From Planctomycetota bacterium (GTDB taxonomy: Bacteria > Planctomycetota > UBA8742 > UBA2392), in contig JADKGX010000002.1 of assembly GCA_016722065.1 (NCBI GenBank), positions 57,301 through 121,300 on the forward strand: a stretch of DNA of 64,000 nucleotides. The letters run 5' to 3'. A program made the position numbers and the translations under genes. This document shows, in pieces, positions 42,601 to 51,323 of this stretch (within the stretch, counting starts at the first letter, position 1; every line of letters starts with the position of its first letter). The notes beneath the pieces are model-generated. The model made no database searches and had not been told where the DNA came from. It worked only from the letters and a program-made list of their open reading frames with translations.

Positions 42601-43470
42601 GCGGGCACGGTGGCGGCCTCGTTCACGGCGCCACAGGTTACGGCCACAACGATTCTTGTGCTGCGCGTGACCGTCAGTGACGGACGCGGCGGCAGTGACT
42701 TTGCAGACGTACAGGTTACGGTCAACGATGTTGTTGCGCCCAACAACCCGCCTGTGGCTAATGCCGGGGCGAATTTCAACGTCACGGAAGGGCTGGTCGC
42801 AAACCTTTCAGGGGCAGCCAGCACAGACCCCGATGGCGACCCACTGTCATACAGTTGGACGCAAATCGGCGGTTCGGCCGTAACTCTGGCCGGGGCCGCG
42901 ACGGTCGCCGCAAGCTTTACCGCGCCCATGGTGGCCGCATCAACACCGCTGACATTCCGGCTTACCGTCAACGACGGTCGTGGCGGCATCAACACCGACG
43001 ACATCGTTGTCACGGTGCTGGACAGCGCTGTCAACAACCCGCCAACGGCAAACGCCGGGGCTGATCAGGCCGTTAGCCAGGGCGCAGCGGTGAACCTTAA
43101 CGGCGCCGCCAGCAACGACCCTGAAGGTGACACGCTGACCTTTGCCTGGGTGCAGATCAGTGGCGTCAACACTGTGGTGTTGAACAACGCGGCTACCGCA
43201 GCGCCTGATTTTGTTGCGCCAGTAGCCGACGACGTGCTGGTGTTCCGCCTGACCGTCGACGACGGCCACGGCAACATCGACACAGACGAAGTTGCCATTA
43301 CCGTGGGCACGCCACCCGTAGGCAGCAGTGGGGGAGGCGGCAAAAAAGGCGGCAAGGGTGGTTGCAGCACCAGCGAAGAATCAAGCTGGATGTGGCTGTT
43401 GGCCGTGCTGGCACCGTTGGCCATGTTGCGTCGCGCACGGGTTTCTAAGCCAGAACCCCGTGTGCGGTAA
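39650..43470 (+). CDS. Secreted S8 subtilase with P-domain, four PKD/Ig-like repeats and C-terminal sorting tail; -1 frameshift at 41351-41354
   Basis: Triad GVWD / HSTHVTGT / GTSMASP; P-domain (HVQRGDI...ATGTWTVKVTD); four NxPPVAxAG repeats; one more G in the G4 run joins ORFs 39584-41437 and 41362-43470. Confidence 0.9.
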
Positions 43471-44326
43471 GCGCGCTCTTCATCGCCTGGCGGTTCTTGG
43501 CATGGATGGGCGCCAGTGGGGGACGCACGTTCTCAAGGCACAGACCAAGCAGCGCTGCCCCGGCCTTGACGGGCACGGGGTTGGATTCGGTGAAGCAGGC
43601 ATCAATCACGGGCAGGGCTTTGCGGTGGATAGCGCGGGCCCGGGCAAAATCGCCGCTTGAGATGGCACGGCACAGGGCGACCATGTCGGCCGGAATCAGG
43701 TTCGAAACAACGCTGACAATGCCTACCGCCCCAAGCGCCCCAAGCGGCAGCGTTGCAGCGTCATCGCCCGAAAAGAAAGCCATGTGCGGGCAGATCGCCA
43801 GCAATTCATCGGCCTGCTTCAGGTTACCCGTTGCGTCTTTGTAACTTGTGAAACTGGCCGGAAAGTCGCTCACCAGCCGCACAATCGTCTCCGTGGCAAT
43901 ATTCACAGCCGTACGCCCCGGAATGTTGTACAGCATGATGTCAAAGCCCGGCACGGCCTTGGCCACGGCGGCAAAGTGCAGGTACAAACCCTCCTGCTGC
44001 GGACGGTTGTAGGCCGGTGCGGCAATCAGGGCCCCATTGGCGCCCAGTTCGCGCACTTTGCGCGTGAAATCTACGGTCTCTGCGGTGCTGCTGGCGCTGG
44101 TGCCTGCCAGCACGGGTTTTCGACGGGCCACGCGCTTGACGGCGTGCCCCACCACCGCCTGGCGTTCGGCGGGTGTCAGGGTGATCGCCTCGCCGGTGCT
44201 GCCGCAGACCACAATGCCGTCAATGTCGTGTTTCAATTGGTGGTCAATCACGCGGTCCAGCGCGGCGTAATCAACGCTGCCGTCGGCTTGAAACGGCGTG
44301 ATGATAGCTGTTATGGCGCCTTGCAT
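43445..44326 (-). CDS. dapA: 4-hydroxy-tetrahydrodipicolinate synthase
   Basis: AIITPF, GSTGEA, PAYNRP, LYNIPGRT, YKDATG, SGDD, ESNPVPVK. Confidence 0.97.
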   Translation of the reverse strand: MQGAITAIITPFQADGSVDYAALDRVIDHQLKHDIDGIVVCGSTGEAITLTPAERQAVVGHAVKRVARRKPVLAGTSASSTAETVDFTRKVRELGANGALIAAPAYNRPQQEGLYLHFAAVAKAVPGFDIMLYNIPGRTAVNIATETIVRLVSDFPASFTSYKDATGNLKQADELLAICPHMAFFSGDDAATLPLGALGAVGIVSVVSNLIPADMVALCRAISSGDFARARAIHRKALPVIDACFTESNPVPVKAGAALLGLCLENVRPPLAPIHAKNRQAMKSALTAHGVLA

Positions 44327-44432
44327 GGTGGCCCCAACGATGGTCGGCAAACCGTAGCCACTGTGGGGGGTGAAGTCAAAGGGGGGCAAACCGGCGATGT
44401 CGCGGCATGTGATAAGCTTGCGTGGGGGACTC

Positions 44433-44900
44433 ATGCCAGACAGTGCCGAACGCCGCCGCAAGGCCCAGCGCAAGAAGTACCCAAAGAACTGGCGCATGAT
44501 CAGCAAGCGCGTGCGCTTTGAGCGTGCCCAGGGCCGCTGCGAATGGTGCAACAAACCGCACGGCCAGACCATGCGCGTTGGCGCCAAGGGTTGCTGGGCG
44601 CTGTCGGACGGCATCTGGCACGACCAATTCGGCCGCCGCATACCAGGCCCAATGCCCTGGCCCAGCAGCGATTGGTGGAAGCACGTGATTGCCCATGGTG
44701 GCGAACCGCCACAGATTCGCGAATCGGTCGTGACTCTCCAAACCGCGCACCTGGACCACGACCCGCAAAACTGCGCCGACGAAAACCTGGCCGCGCTGTG
44801 CCAGTTCTGCCACGCGGAGTACGACGTGCAGCAGCGAATCTGGTCTGGCGCCATCACCTGGGACCTGCGCCGGGGCCAGAAAGTCATGTTCAAGGGCTAG
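44433..44900 (+). CDS. Phage-type HNH endonuclease
   Basis: YPKNW...RCEWC...LQTAHLDHDPQNCADENLAALCQFCH. Confidence 0.85.
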   Translation: MPDSAERRRKAQRKKYPKNWRMISKRVRFERAQGRCEWCNKPHGQTMRVGAKGCWALSDGIWHDQFGRRIPGPMPWPSSDWWKHVIAHGGEPPQIRESVVTLQTAHLDHDPQNCADENLAALCQFCHAEYDVQQRIWSGAITWDLRRGQKVMFKG

Positions 44901-44902
44901 TT

Positions 44903-44918
44903 GGCCGATGCATCGGCC
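44903..44918. repeat. Perfect 16-bp palindrome after the HNH stop
   Basis: GGCCGATGCATCGGCC is its own reverse complement. Confidence 0.7.
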
Positions 44919-45116
44919 GGAAAGGCTTATTCCAAGCAGCTTCCGGGCCCAAACCGCCGCAAATGCCCCTGGAATCGTCCGGCAGGCGTCCGAACGAGCC
45001 CAAGGTCAATCCGAAGCCAGAGAAATTGTCAGGCTGCGGGCCTGTCGACGGCAGGCCCGCAGCAAACCCAAGTTCTAGTGGCAGAACTCGACCCGGCCCG
45101 ATGGCACATCTATTGC

Positions 45117-45146
45117 CTACGTCCGATAATCGATCAGTTGCGCGGT
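45117..45146 (+). repeat. attL: XerC arm + overlap + degenerate XerD arm
   Basis: CT-ACGTCCGATAA-TCGATC-AGTTGCGCGGT; the first 19 bp are identical to 62136-62154. Confidence 0.85.
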
Positions 45147-45148
45147 GC

Positions 45149-45160
45149 CAGTCCGATAAT
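45149..45160 (+). repeat. Second XerC-arm-like copy
   Basis: GTCCGATAAT repeated exactly 30 bp downstream of the attL copy. Confidence 0.6.
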
Positions 45161-45312
45161 TTTGCCCGCTTTGCGCGGGTGTTGTTCTTGGACTGTACCC
45201 CATGAAACGGTTCGCGTCAAAAGTTTCTGACATACCCTCAACACATCCGCCGTTGTCGCCAGAGTGAGTATCATTTTTCGGTGCCTACAACTGGCTTCGA
45301 AGGAGTTGCCCT

Positions 45313-46128
45313 ATGACAAGCCCAGAACAGAGCCGCAAAGATGCCAATGCACAACTAACGCGCGATGCCAAACGTGCTGGGGGCGCCATGTTACAGGGCG
45401 CCGGGCATGCCCTGGCGTTGCTCACTGACCCAGCCGATGAGCTCAAAGCAATGGGCAGGACGCTGTCAGAAGGCGTCAGGTCGAAGGACTACGCAGAGCG
45501 TGTTGAAGCCTTAGCAACAAGAAAGTGTGTTGCCGCCGCCTCGGCGCATCCCAAGTTGAGGGCGGGTCGGCAGGTCAATAAGCAATCGCTACACCAGTTG
45601 ATTCAGGAACTCACTTTGAAAGCAGTAGAAGCCAGAGTTGAAGATCGAATACGCGCGATTGTTGCTGCCTCGATTGGCGCGACGGAGGATGGGCCAATGG
45701 CAAGCGCGGCTGACTTGTACGCCGCAGAGACCATCCTTCAATCGAAAGACCATCAGATAGCATTCTTCCGGGAGTGGCTGAACAAGTGGATTGGGCCAAA
45801 GTGCCTCAACAATGTGGTGCCATGTCCCCATGCCCAGCTCGTTGGTCCTTATCCGCTACAAGCTGTTTGCGACGACAACATGCGAAACCAAATGGTTAGC
45901 GCGAGTCGCGGTTACTTCCCCGTTCCTCTTGATCACCCGACCAACATTTACGTCGAGACGTTTGTGTTCGGCCTTAAGACTAGTATGGAGATGACCCGAC
46001 AAGACCTGCACGACAAGAACCATCCCTTCGGCCACGGTGTTTGGTGGCCTTCGGAGTTGACTCAACGGATCCACAACGCCCTCGTTCGGGCACGAGAAAA
46101 CATCGAGTTTGAGCTGAATCTGGAGTAA
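45313..46128 (+). CDS. Hypothetical cargo protein (271 aa)
   Basis: Long ORF with AAGGAG RBS; visibly more AT-rich than the element core; no recognisable motif. Confidence 0.7.
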   Translation: MTSPEQSRKDANAQLTRDAKRAGGAMLQGAGHALALLTDPADELKAMGRTLSEGVRSKDYAERVEALATRKCVAAASAHPKLRAGRQVNKQSLHQLIQELTLKAVEARVEDRIRAIVAASIGATEDGPMASAADLYAAETILQSKDHQIAFFREWLNKWIGPKCLNNVVPCPHAQLVGPYPLQAVCDDNMRNQMVSASRGYFPVPLDHPTNIYVETFVFGLKTSMEMTRQDLHDKNHPFGHGVWWPSELTQRIHNALVRARENIEFELNLE

Positions 46129-46147
46129 GCGGTGCCTGGATTGGCCT

Positions 46148-46864
46148 CTAGGTCCTTTTCTTTTTCGCGTCGATACGCGCCCTCATCGCCGCAGCGTGGG
46201 CGGGTGTAACGTACAAGTCCACAAACAACAACTCGACAACGTCGATCGTGTATTCGGCGTCTGCGGCGTCTACATCGATTATGGTTTCTGCTTGGTCGGT
46301 GCTTGGGTGCGCACTCCAGTTACCGATTTCGCGTACATGATGCAGGCTGTCCTGGGTCGGTTTCGTTAGCTCTGGTCGCTTGACGGCTTCCTCGATTTCT
46401 TGAAACAGATCCCGTTTCTTGATAGCCAACTTGATGCGAATCAAGTGCTGGATACAGCGGCGGGCAAGAACCGCTGCGGCCATCGGGGACGATGCCAGAA
46501 CGGCTCGCGCTTGGTCGTAAGCACTCTTGATTTCTGGTTCTACTTCTGGAGGAGCGGCATCTGGCCGAGTGCTTTGAGCGGGCCACAAGAACACGCCCAA
46601 GGGCAGATACGCAGAAAGAGCCAACATGCTAACGCCCACTACCGCGCCGCAACAACTCGCACACTCGGATAGGTGCAACTGTTCCGCAACCCCGTGCGAG
46701 TCTGGCTTCACATTGCGAAAGATCGACCTCTTGGAAGGGTAGCCGTATGTAGCTACCTGAGCGAAGGAACCGTAGGCTCCGCAATGTGGGCAGAGCGCGG
46801 CAGCCCCTGCAAACACGCCTGATTCTTCGAAAACTTGCCGAAGCGGCCTGTGCTTTTTGTTCAT
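46148..46864 (-). CDS. DUF4145 (HEPN-like) protein with N-terminal Zn finger
   Basis: CPHC...CASC; AAAVLARRCIQ...LFQEI...VREIGNWSAH signature. Confidence 0.82.
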   Translation of the reverse strand: MNKKHRPLRQVFEESGVFAGAAALCPHCGAYGSFAQVATYGYPSKRSIFRNVKPDSHGVAEQLHLSECASCCGAVVGVSMLALSAYLPLGVFLWPAQSTRPDAAPPEVEPEIKSAYDQARAVLASSPMAAAVLARRCIQHLIRIKLAIKKRDLFQEIEEAVKRPELTKPTQDSLHHVREIGNWSAHPSTDQAETIIDVDAADAEYTIDVVELLFVDLYVTPAHAAAMRARIDAKKKRT

Positions 46865-46927
46865 AGTGCAAGCAACATATCATCGCCGCATCTGTGCGAG
46901 CAGTTCCCTTTTGGGCTTTTGGTACTG

Positions 46928-47374
46928 TCAAAACGGGATCTCGTCGCTGGTGGTGGCTGGCTCGAACCATGGCACCTGGGCGCCGTCGTCTGACCAGTCT
47001 GGCGCGGCTTCTTCCTGGGTCGGTTCTTCTTCCAGCCCTTTCGTGTTGTCGCGTGGCTGGTAGTGCTTGATCAAGTAGGCTTCGTGATCTAGCGGCTTGT
47101 CCGTTGCATACCACGCAATTTCTACGTCGTCGCGGTGGTAGGCTTCGCGGGGCTCGCCCCGGTCAATCCAATGGCCCATGTGGCGCTTGATCGTCTCGTA
47201 AAGGCGCCCTGTGTGGCTTTCGCCAACATAGAGCATGGCCTTGGTGCGGGCGTTTCGGATGCCGTACACCCCGTCAATCCAAGGCGCCATCTGCTTTGGG
47301 TAGCGCGTGCCTGGCGGGCCTGGGCGAAACCATTCGCCGGGCTTGAACGGGCGCGGGGTTTGAATCTTCTGCAT
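46928..47374 (-). CDS. GIY-YIG-like nuclease with acidic DEIPF tail
   Basis: GVYGIRN...LYVGES...IKRH...E...N pattern; ends TTSDEIPF. Confidence 0.72.
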   Translation of the reverse strand: MQKIQTPRPFKPGEWFRPGPPGTRYPKQMAPWIDGVYGIRNARTKAMLYVGESHTGRLYETIKRHMGHWIDRGEPREAYHRDDVEIAWYATDKPLDHEAYLIKHYQPRDNTKGLEEEPTQEEAAPDWSDDGAQVPWFEPATTSDEIPF

Positions 47375-47463
47375 GGGTTTCTCCGGTGCCTGATTTTTTG
47401 CTCTGCCTGTCGCGGGCCTGCGGTGTATCTTTGCACCTTCAAAGCACTGCCCTGGGGTTCCTT

Positions 47464-48009
47464 ATGACCACTTCTGTCGATGCCTTGATTTGCCCTCACT
47501 GTGCGGCCTCTATCGACGTGCCTGATGGCGTGACGCGCCTCAAGTGCCGGTTCTGCGGTAGCACGCTGGAACTACGCGAAACAGGCAGCGCGCGCGGCCT
47601 GGCGCTGTTGCAAGTGAGCGTTGACAAGATCGCGTCGGGTGTTGACGTGATTGCGCAGCACACGGGCGCGCTGGCCTCGCATACGTTGGGCGCGCGTGAA
47701 CGTTGGAAAGCCGCGTATGATTCCCTGCGTGGCCGGGCGCGCAAACGCATGCTTGCCGCAACGGTCGTGGCGCTCCTGGGCTTCGCGGCGATGTTCGCAA
47801 CGTATGCGTTTCTGACGGCCATAAATGAACTGCCGCCCACGGCGACGGCCACGCAACGGGCGCAAGCGCAACACGACGCGGGGGCCTCGTACCTGTTCGC
47901 CAGCATGTTCGCCACGTTGCCCTTTCTTCTGGCGGCGGGTGTCCTGCAGAAAGGCGCCCAAAACCTGGCAGCGGAAGCCCAAGCCCTGAAACAGCGCGAG
48001 CCGATCTAG
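47464..48009 (+). CDS. Zn-ribbon 2-TM membrane protein
   Basis: CPHC...CRFC, then two hydrophobic helices; opposite strand to the viral operon. Confidence 0.75.
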   Translation: MTTSVDALICPHCAASIDVPDGVTRLKCRFCGSTLELRETGSARGLALLQVSVDKIASGVDVIAQHTGALASHTLGARERWKAAYDSLRGRARKRMLAATVVALLGFAAMFATYAFLTAINELPPTATATQRAQAQHDAGASYLFASMFATLPFLLAAGVLQKGAQNLAAEAQALKQREPI

Positions 48010-48764
48010 CGCGAGACGATCACGGCCACGGCAACCGCGCCAACGGCCAAGGCGACAATCGGCCCCCATGGCATTGATGCCTCAATGCCCTCGCTAATGC
48101 CCTCGCCCACGGCCTTGCCTGTGCGCTTGATCAGATTCTCGGCGCCCTGGGCTACGGCCTCGGCCTGATGGGCAACGTAGTCGTCAACCTCTGACCACTT
48201 CACGGTGAACAGCGGCGCGCCTGGAATGAGGGCAAGCCACGGGTTGCCTTCAACTGCGAAGTCGGCGCCGATCTCGCTGCGCACGGCCTGGGCGTTGCTG
48301 TTGTAGCGGTCTTTGAGGCCGGAAAGCAGCGCGTCGGCCACGCGAACGGCGTGGGCCATCGCTGCGCCTGCGTTGTCGAGTGTGCGGCGCTTGGCGGCGG
48401 TAAACAGCGGCGCGGCGCCTTCCTTGATTGCCTGGGCGATGTTTGCAACGCGGTCGTTGTAGAGGCGCGCGGCGGTGTAGATATCCATAGCCGGGCCGTC
48501 CCACGCCTCTTGCGGGTAGCTGTTCCAGTTCGTCGCCAGCGCAAAGGCTTTGGCCTTGCGGGCTACTTCGTCGGCTTCAAAGAACGCCTGCAAGGTGGCG
48601 TCGTTGGAATAGTCGCCGGGCTTCCAGACCAGACGCGGGATTTCGTCGGCGGTGCCTTGGCTGCCGCGCACGCGCGGGCGGTGCATCTGGCCGGCTGGGG
48701 CGCTGGCGCGTGTGGCCGGCACAAAGCCGAACATGGTGGCGGGGCGTTGGAGTCTGCGGAACAT
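48006..48764 (-). CDS. Putative virion protein with C-terminal membrane anchor
   Basis: Helical body; ends WGPIVALAVGAVAVAVIVSR. Confidence 0.7.
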   Translation of the reverse strand: MFRRLQRPATMFGFVPATRASAPAGQMHRPRVRGSQGTADEIPRLVWKPGDYSNDATLQAFFEADEVARKAKAFALATNWNSYPQEAWDGPAMDIYTAARLYNDRVANIAQAIKEGAAPLFTAAKRRTLDNAGAAMAHAVRVADALLSGLKDRYNSNAQAVRSEIGADFAVEGNPWLALIPGAPLFTVKWSEVDDYVAHQAEAVAQGAENLIKRTGKAVGEGISEGIEASMPWGPIVALAVGAVAVAVIVSR

Positions 48765-48799
48765 GGCGGGCCTTTCGTTGGTGGTGGCCGTGGTGGGGT

Positions 48800-48853
48800 G
48801 GCGACGGGCGCGGGAGCCCCAACGCGGCGCGCCACGCGGGCGCGCCCGTCGCC
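48800..48853. repeat. 13-bp perfect inverted repeat (intergenic hairpin)
   Basis: GGCGACGGGCGCG (48800-48812) / CGCGCCCGTCGCC (48841-48853). Confidence 0.7.
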
Positions 48854-48861
48854 GGGAGTGT

Positions 48862-49353
48862 TCACTTGATCAAGCGCCAAAGCACAAAGGCCAGACCAGC
48901 GCCAATGATGGCGGTGGTGCCGGGGTTGGCCTTGATGGTTTCCATGATGCCGTTGCCCTGGGCCTTGGCGACGGCGTTGGCCACGTCGTCTGCGCGGGCG
49001 TCGGGCACGGCGCCCACGGCGCCCGTGGCGCCTTTGTCGGTCGATGCCGGGCTTGTGGGGCCGGTGGGCTCGGGCAAGCGTTCGGCGGGCTCCTCCACGC
49101 GCTCCACGGGCGCGGCAAGGTTGAGCTGCGCGAACGTGGCAAAGCTGACGTCGTTGCCTGGGTAACTTGTCCAGCGGCCATTTGACGTGCGGCGGAACAT
49201 CGAAACCTCGCGCGGCGGAACGCCGGTGCCTCGATCTGCTGCAAAGGGCTCGCGCAAGTAAGCGACGGTGCCGATGGGATATTCCTTGGGCACGGCGGCG
49301 CCCAAAATGCCGGGCACCTTTGCGGAACCAAAAAAGCCCGTTTCAATGATCAT
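48862..49353 (-). CDS. Putative virion protein with C-terminal membrane anchor
   Basis: Small N-terminal domain, Pro/Ala linker, ends TAIIGAGLAFVLWRLIK. Confidence 0.7.
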   Translation of the reverse strand: MIIETGFFGSAKVPGILGAAVPKEYPIGTVAYLREPFAADRGTGVPPREVSMFRRTSNGRWTSYPGNDVSFATFAQLNLAAPVERVEEPAERLPEPTGPTSPASTDKGATGAVGAVPDARADDVANAVAKAQGNGIMETIKANPGTTAIIGAGLAFVLWRLIK

Positions 49354-49481
49354 GGGGAACCTCGGGAAGTGCCGCCCGCAAGGCAAGGCTTACGGGCGGC
49401 GGGGTGGATTTGTGGCGGGTGGTGTCCTTGGTCGTCCTGGCCTTCGGTTTGCGATCCTGGGGCATTTGTGGCGGTCGTTTT

Positions 49482-49826
49482 TTACTCCCTTGGGCCGGTT
49501 GGCCGGGTTTGCGGCCTGTAGGGCACTTCGGGGAGTTCTTCGCCCTGGTCTTGGTCTTGGTCGTACTCGGCCTGGTCTTGGTCGCTCATGGGGATTGTGC
49601 CGGTGCATCGGTGCGGGTGCGGGCTCAAGGTTTGGCTGATGGCCGGGAGTATCGCGGCGATGCCAGCGGCAAACATGTTTTGCATGGCGGCGGCGCGCTC
49701 GCGGCCTTCCTGCAGAATGCAGTTGTTGCGGTGCCATGCCAGCGCCAGCCGGGCAAAGCCGCCCGCGCTGCTGATCAAGATGGCCGTAATGGCCAGAATC
49801 AAGGCGGCAAAGGGTAGGTCGTTCAT
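49482..49826 (-). CDS. Small membrane protein with acidic tail
   Basis: N-terminal TM (FAALILAITAILISSAGG); CAGGAG RBS. Confidence 0.6.
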   Translation of the reverse strand: MNDLPFAALILAITAILISSAGGFARLALAWHRNNCILQEGRERAAAMQNMFAAGIAAILPAISQTLSPHPHRCTGTIPMSDQDQAEYDQDQDQGEELPEVPYRPQTRPTGPRE

Positions 49827-49877
49827 CGGTGGGGCTCCTGGTGGTGGTCGGGGTTGGTGGTGGTTTGCGTGGCGGTG

Positions 49878-50207
49878 CTACTTGGTGATGGCCTTGAGTA
49901 AGCCGGGAATCAACGTGCCGATCATGCTGGCGCCGCGCGTGACGGCATCTTGCAACGCGGTCGTGAGGGCGCGCGCCGTGGTGATGCTGACGGCGGCCGC
50001 CACGTTCTGTACCTGGGCGGCAAGATCAAGCCGGGCCTGGGCGTCTACCTTGCCTGTGGCCAGTTCGCGCGCGGTGTTGGTGAAAGCGGCGCGCGCCACC
50101 TTGCCCACAAGCGCGCGGTCTTGCTCGCTCCACTTGGCTACCTCGTCGCCAGCGCTGCGCTTGATTGCCTCAAGTATCATGCGGGCAAAATCTCCTGCGG
50201 TCGTCAT
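49878..50207 (-). CDS. Hypothetical helical protein with amphipathic C-terminus
   Basis: GGAG RBS; in operon. Confidence 0.65.
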   Translation of the reverse strand: MTTAGDFARMILEAIKRSAGDEVAKWSEQDRALVGKVARAAFTNTARELATGKVDAQARLDLAAQVQNVAAAVSITTARALTTALQDAVTRGASMIGTLIPGLLKAITK

Positions 50208-50276
50208 TGCAATGGCTCCGGTTGCGGGTTGCGAAAGCCTGCAAGGGGCGCCCGTGGGCGCCCCTTCGGGCGACGG

Positions 50277-50612
50277 TCAAAACGCGAGTCTTACCTTCTC
50301 CACGCCGGTGATGCCTCCGGCCTGCGCGGCCAGCGTGTAGGCCAGCGCCAGCCACAAGCGCTGCGTCTCGCTCTTGGCCTGGCCGGGCGTGAGGCGCTTT
50401 TCCAGTGCGGCCATTTCGCCATGGTGAAAGTTGGTGACGTGGGCGGGCACGCTGCTTGTGGGCGCGCCGTTCAAGCGCTCGGCCAGTTTGCCCAACGTGG
50501 CGATGGCGTCTTGGGCTTCCTCGCCCTGGTGGGGCATCTTGCCGATGCGCTGCATTGCCTCGGCAATCGTGCGGTCGCTCTGGCTGGTCTTGGCTTTGGT
50601 CTTGGCTGCCAT
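50277..50612 (-). CDS. Hypothetical protein
   Basis: AAGGAA RBS; in operon. Confidence 0.6.
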   Translation of the reverse strand: MAAKTKAKTSQSDRTIAEAMQRIGKMPHQGEEAQDAIATLGKLAERLNGAPTSSVPAHVTNFHHGEMAALEKRLTPGQAKSETQRLWLALAYTLAAQAGGITGVEKVRLAF

Positions 50613-50665
50613 GGGTCGGTTTCCTTGCGTTGGTGGTGGTGGTGGTGGTTTGGTTGGTGCCGGGG

Positions 50666-50959
50666 TTACTTGCCCTCGGCCTTTCGCAGCCTCAAGTCCC
50701 ACGTCTTAAGCGTGGTCAAGCCCTGGTCGCGCTGTTCGTCGGTCAAGCTGCTGTCGGCCTCGATGTAGCGGGCCTGGCGCGGCGCCACGGCGTTGTATGT
50801 GGCGCGGTCGGCCTTGACGTACTCGCCCTGCACGGTGCAGCCGCAAAGCAGCGCCAGAAGCGGGCCAAGCACAAGCACAAGCACAAACAGCAACAAGGCG
50901 GCGCGCTCGCGTCGGCGGTCTGTTGGTGGCGGGTTGTCGGTTGTGATCGTCGGGCTCAT
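50666..50959 (-). CDS. Small lipoprotein (o-spanin-like candidate)
   Basis: RRRER + hydrophobic stretch + LLCGC lipobox; short helical mature part. Confidence 0.7.
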   Translation of the reverse strand: MSPTITTDNPPPTDRRRERAALLLFVLVLVLGPLLALLCGCTVQGEYVKADRATYNAVAPRQARYIEADSSLTDEQRDQGLTTLKTWDLRLRKAEGK

Positions 50960-50998
50960 CGGTGGGGCTCCTGTGTGGGTTGCTCGCGGGCTCGCGGG

Positions 50999-51310
50999 CT
51001 AGTTGTCGGTGGGCCTGGCCTTGGTGTTCTCGCGGATTGCGGCGGCAAGCTCCGCGATGTTGGCGCCGCCCTGGGCCATGGCGGCGGTGTGGGCGGTCTG
51101 CGCAACGGCCTGGGCCTCGGCGGCGGTCGCGGCGCGCTCTGCGATGGCAAGCGCGCGGTCGCGGTGCGTGAGTAGCTTGTCAATCAATGGCTGCACGTTC
51201 TCGCGCCACGCGGCTTTGACCACGCGCGAAAGCAAGCCGCCAATGATCAGCAAGGCAGCCGGAAGCGGCGCGTTGCTCAAGAGCGTGGCCAGTGCGGTTG
51301 TTTCGTCCAT
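50999..51310 (-). CDS. Single-TM coiled-coil protein (holin- or i-spanin-like candidate)
   Basis: N-terminal TM (LPAALLIIGGLL) followed by an Ala-rich coiled coil; directly upstream of the lipoprotein. Confidence 0.6.
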   Translation of the reverse strand: MDETTALATLLSNAPLPAALLIIGGLLSRVVKAAWRENVQPLIDKLLTHRDRALAIAERAATAAEAQAVAQTAHTAAMAQGGANIAELAAAIRENTKARPTDN

Positions 51311-51323
51311 GGTGCGGGCTCCG

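Noticed and set aside
42160-43310. Repeated DNA blocks such as ACCGTCAGTGACGG
   Set aside because: They are the four PKD/Ig-like domain repeats of the S8 protease
6149-43617. KOPS (GGGNAGGG) polarity supporting the dif call
   Set aside because: I noticed plus-strand copies at 6149, 14175, 36564 and 43610 but also counter-oriented ones (about 39714 and 63435); the manual scan is incomplete, so it was not used as evidence
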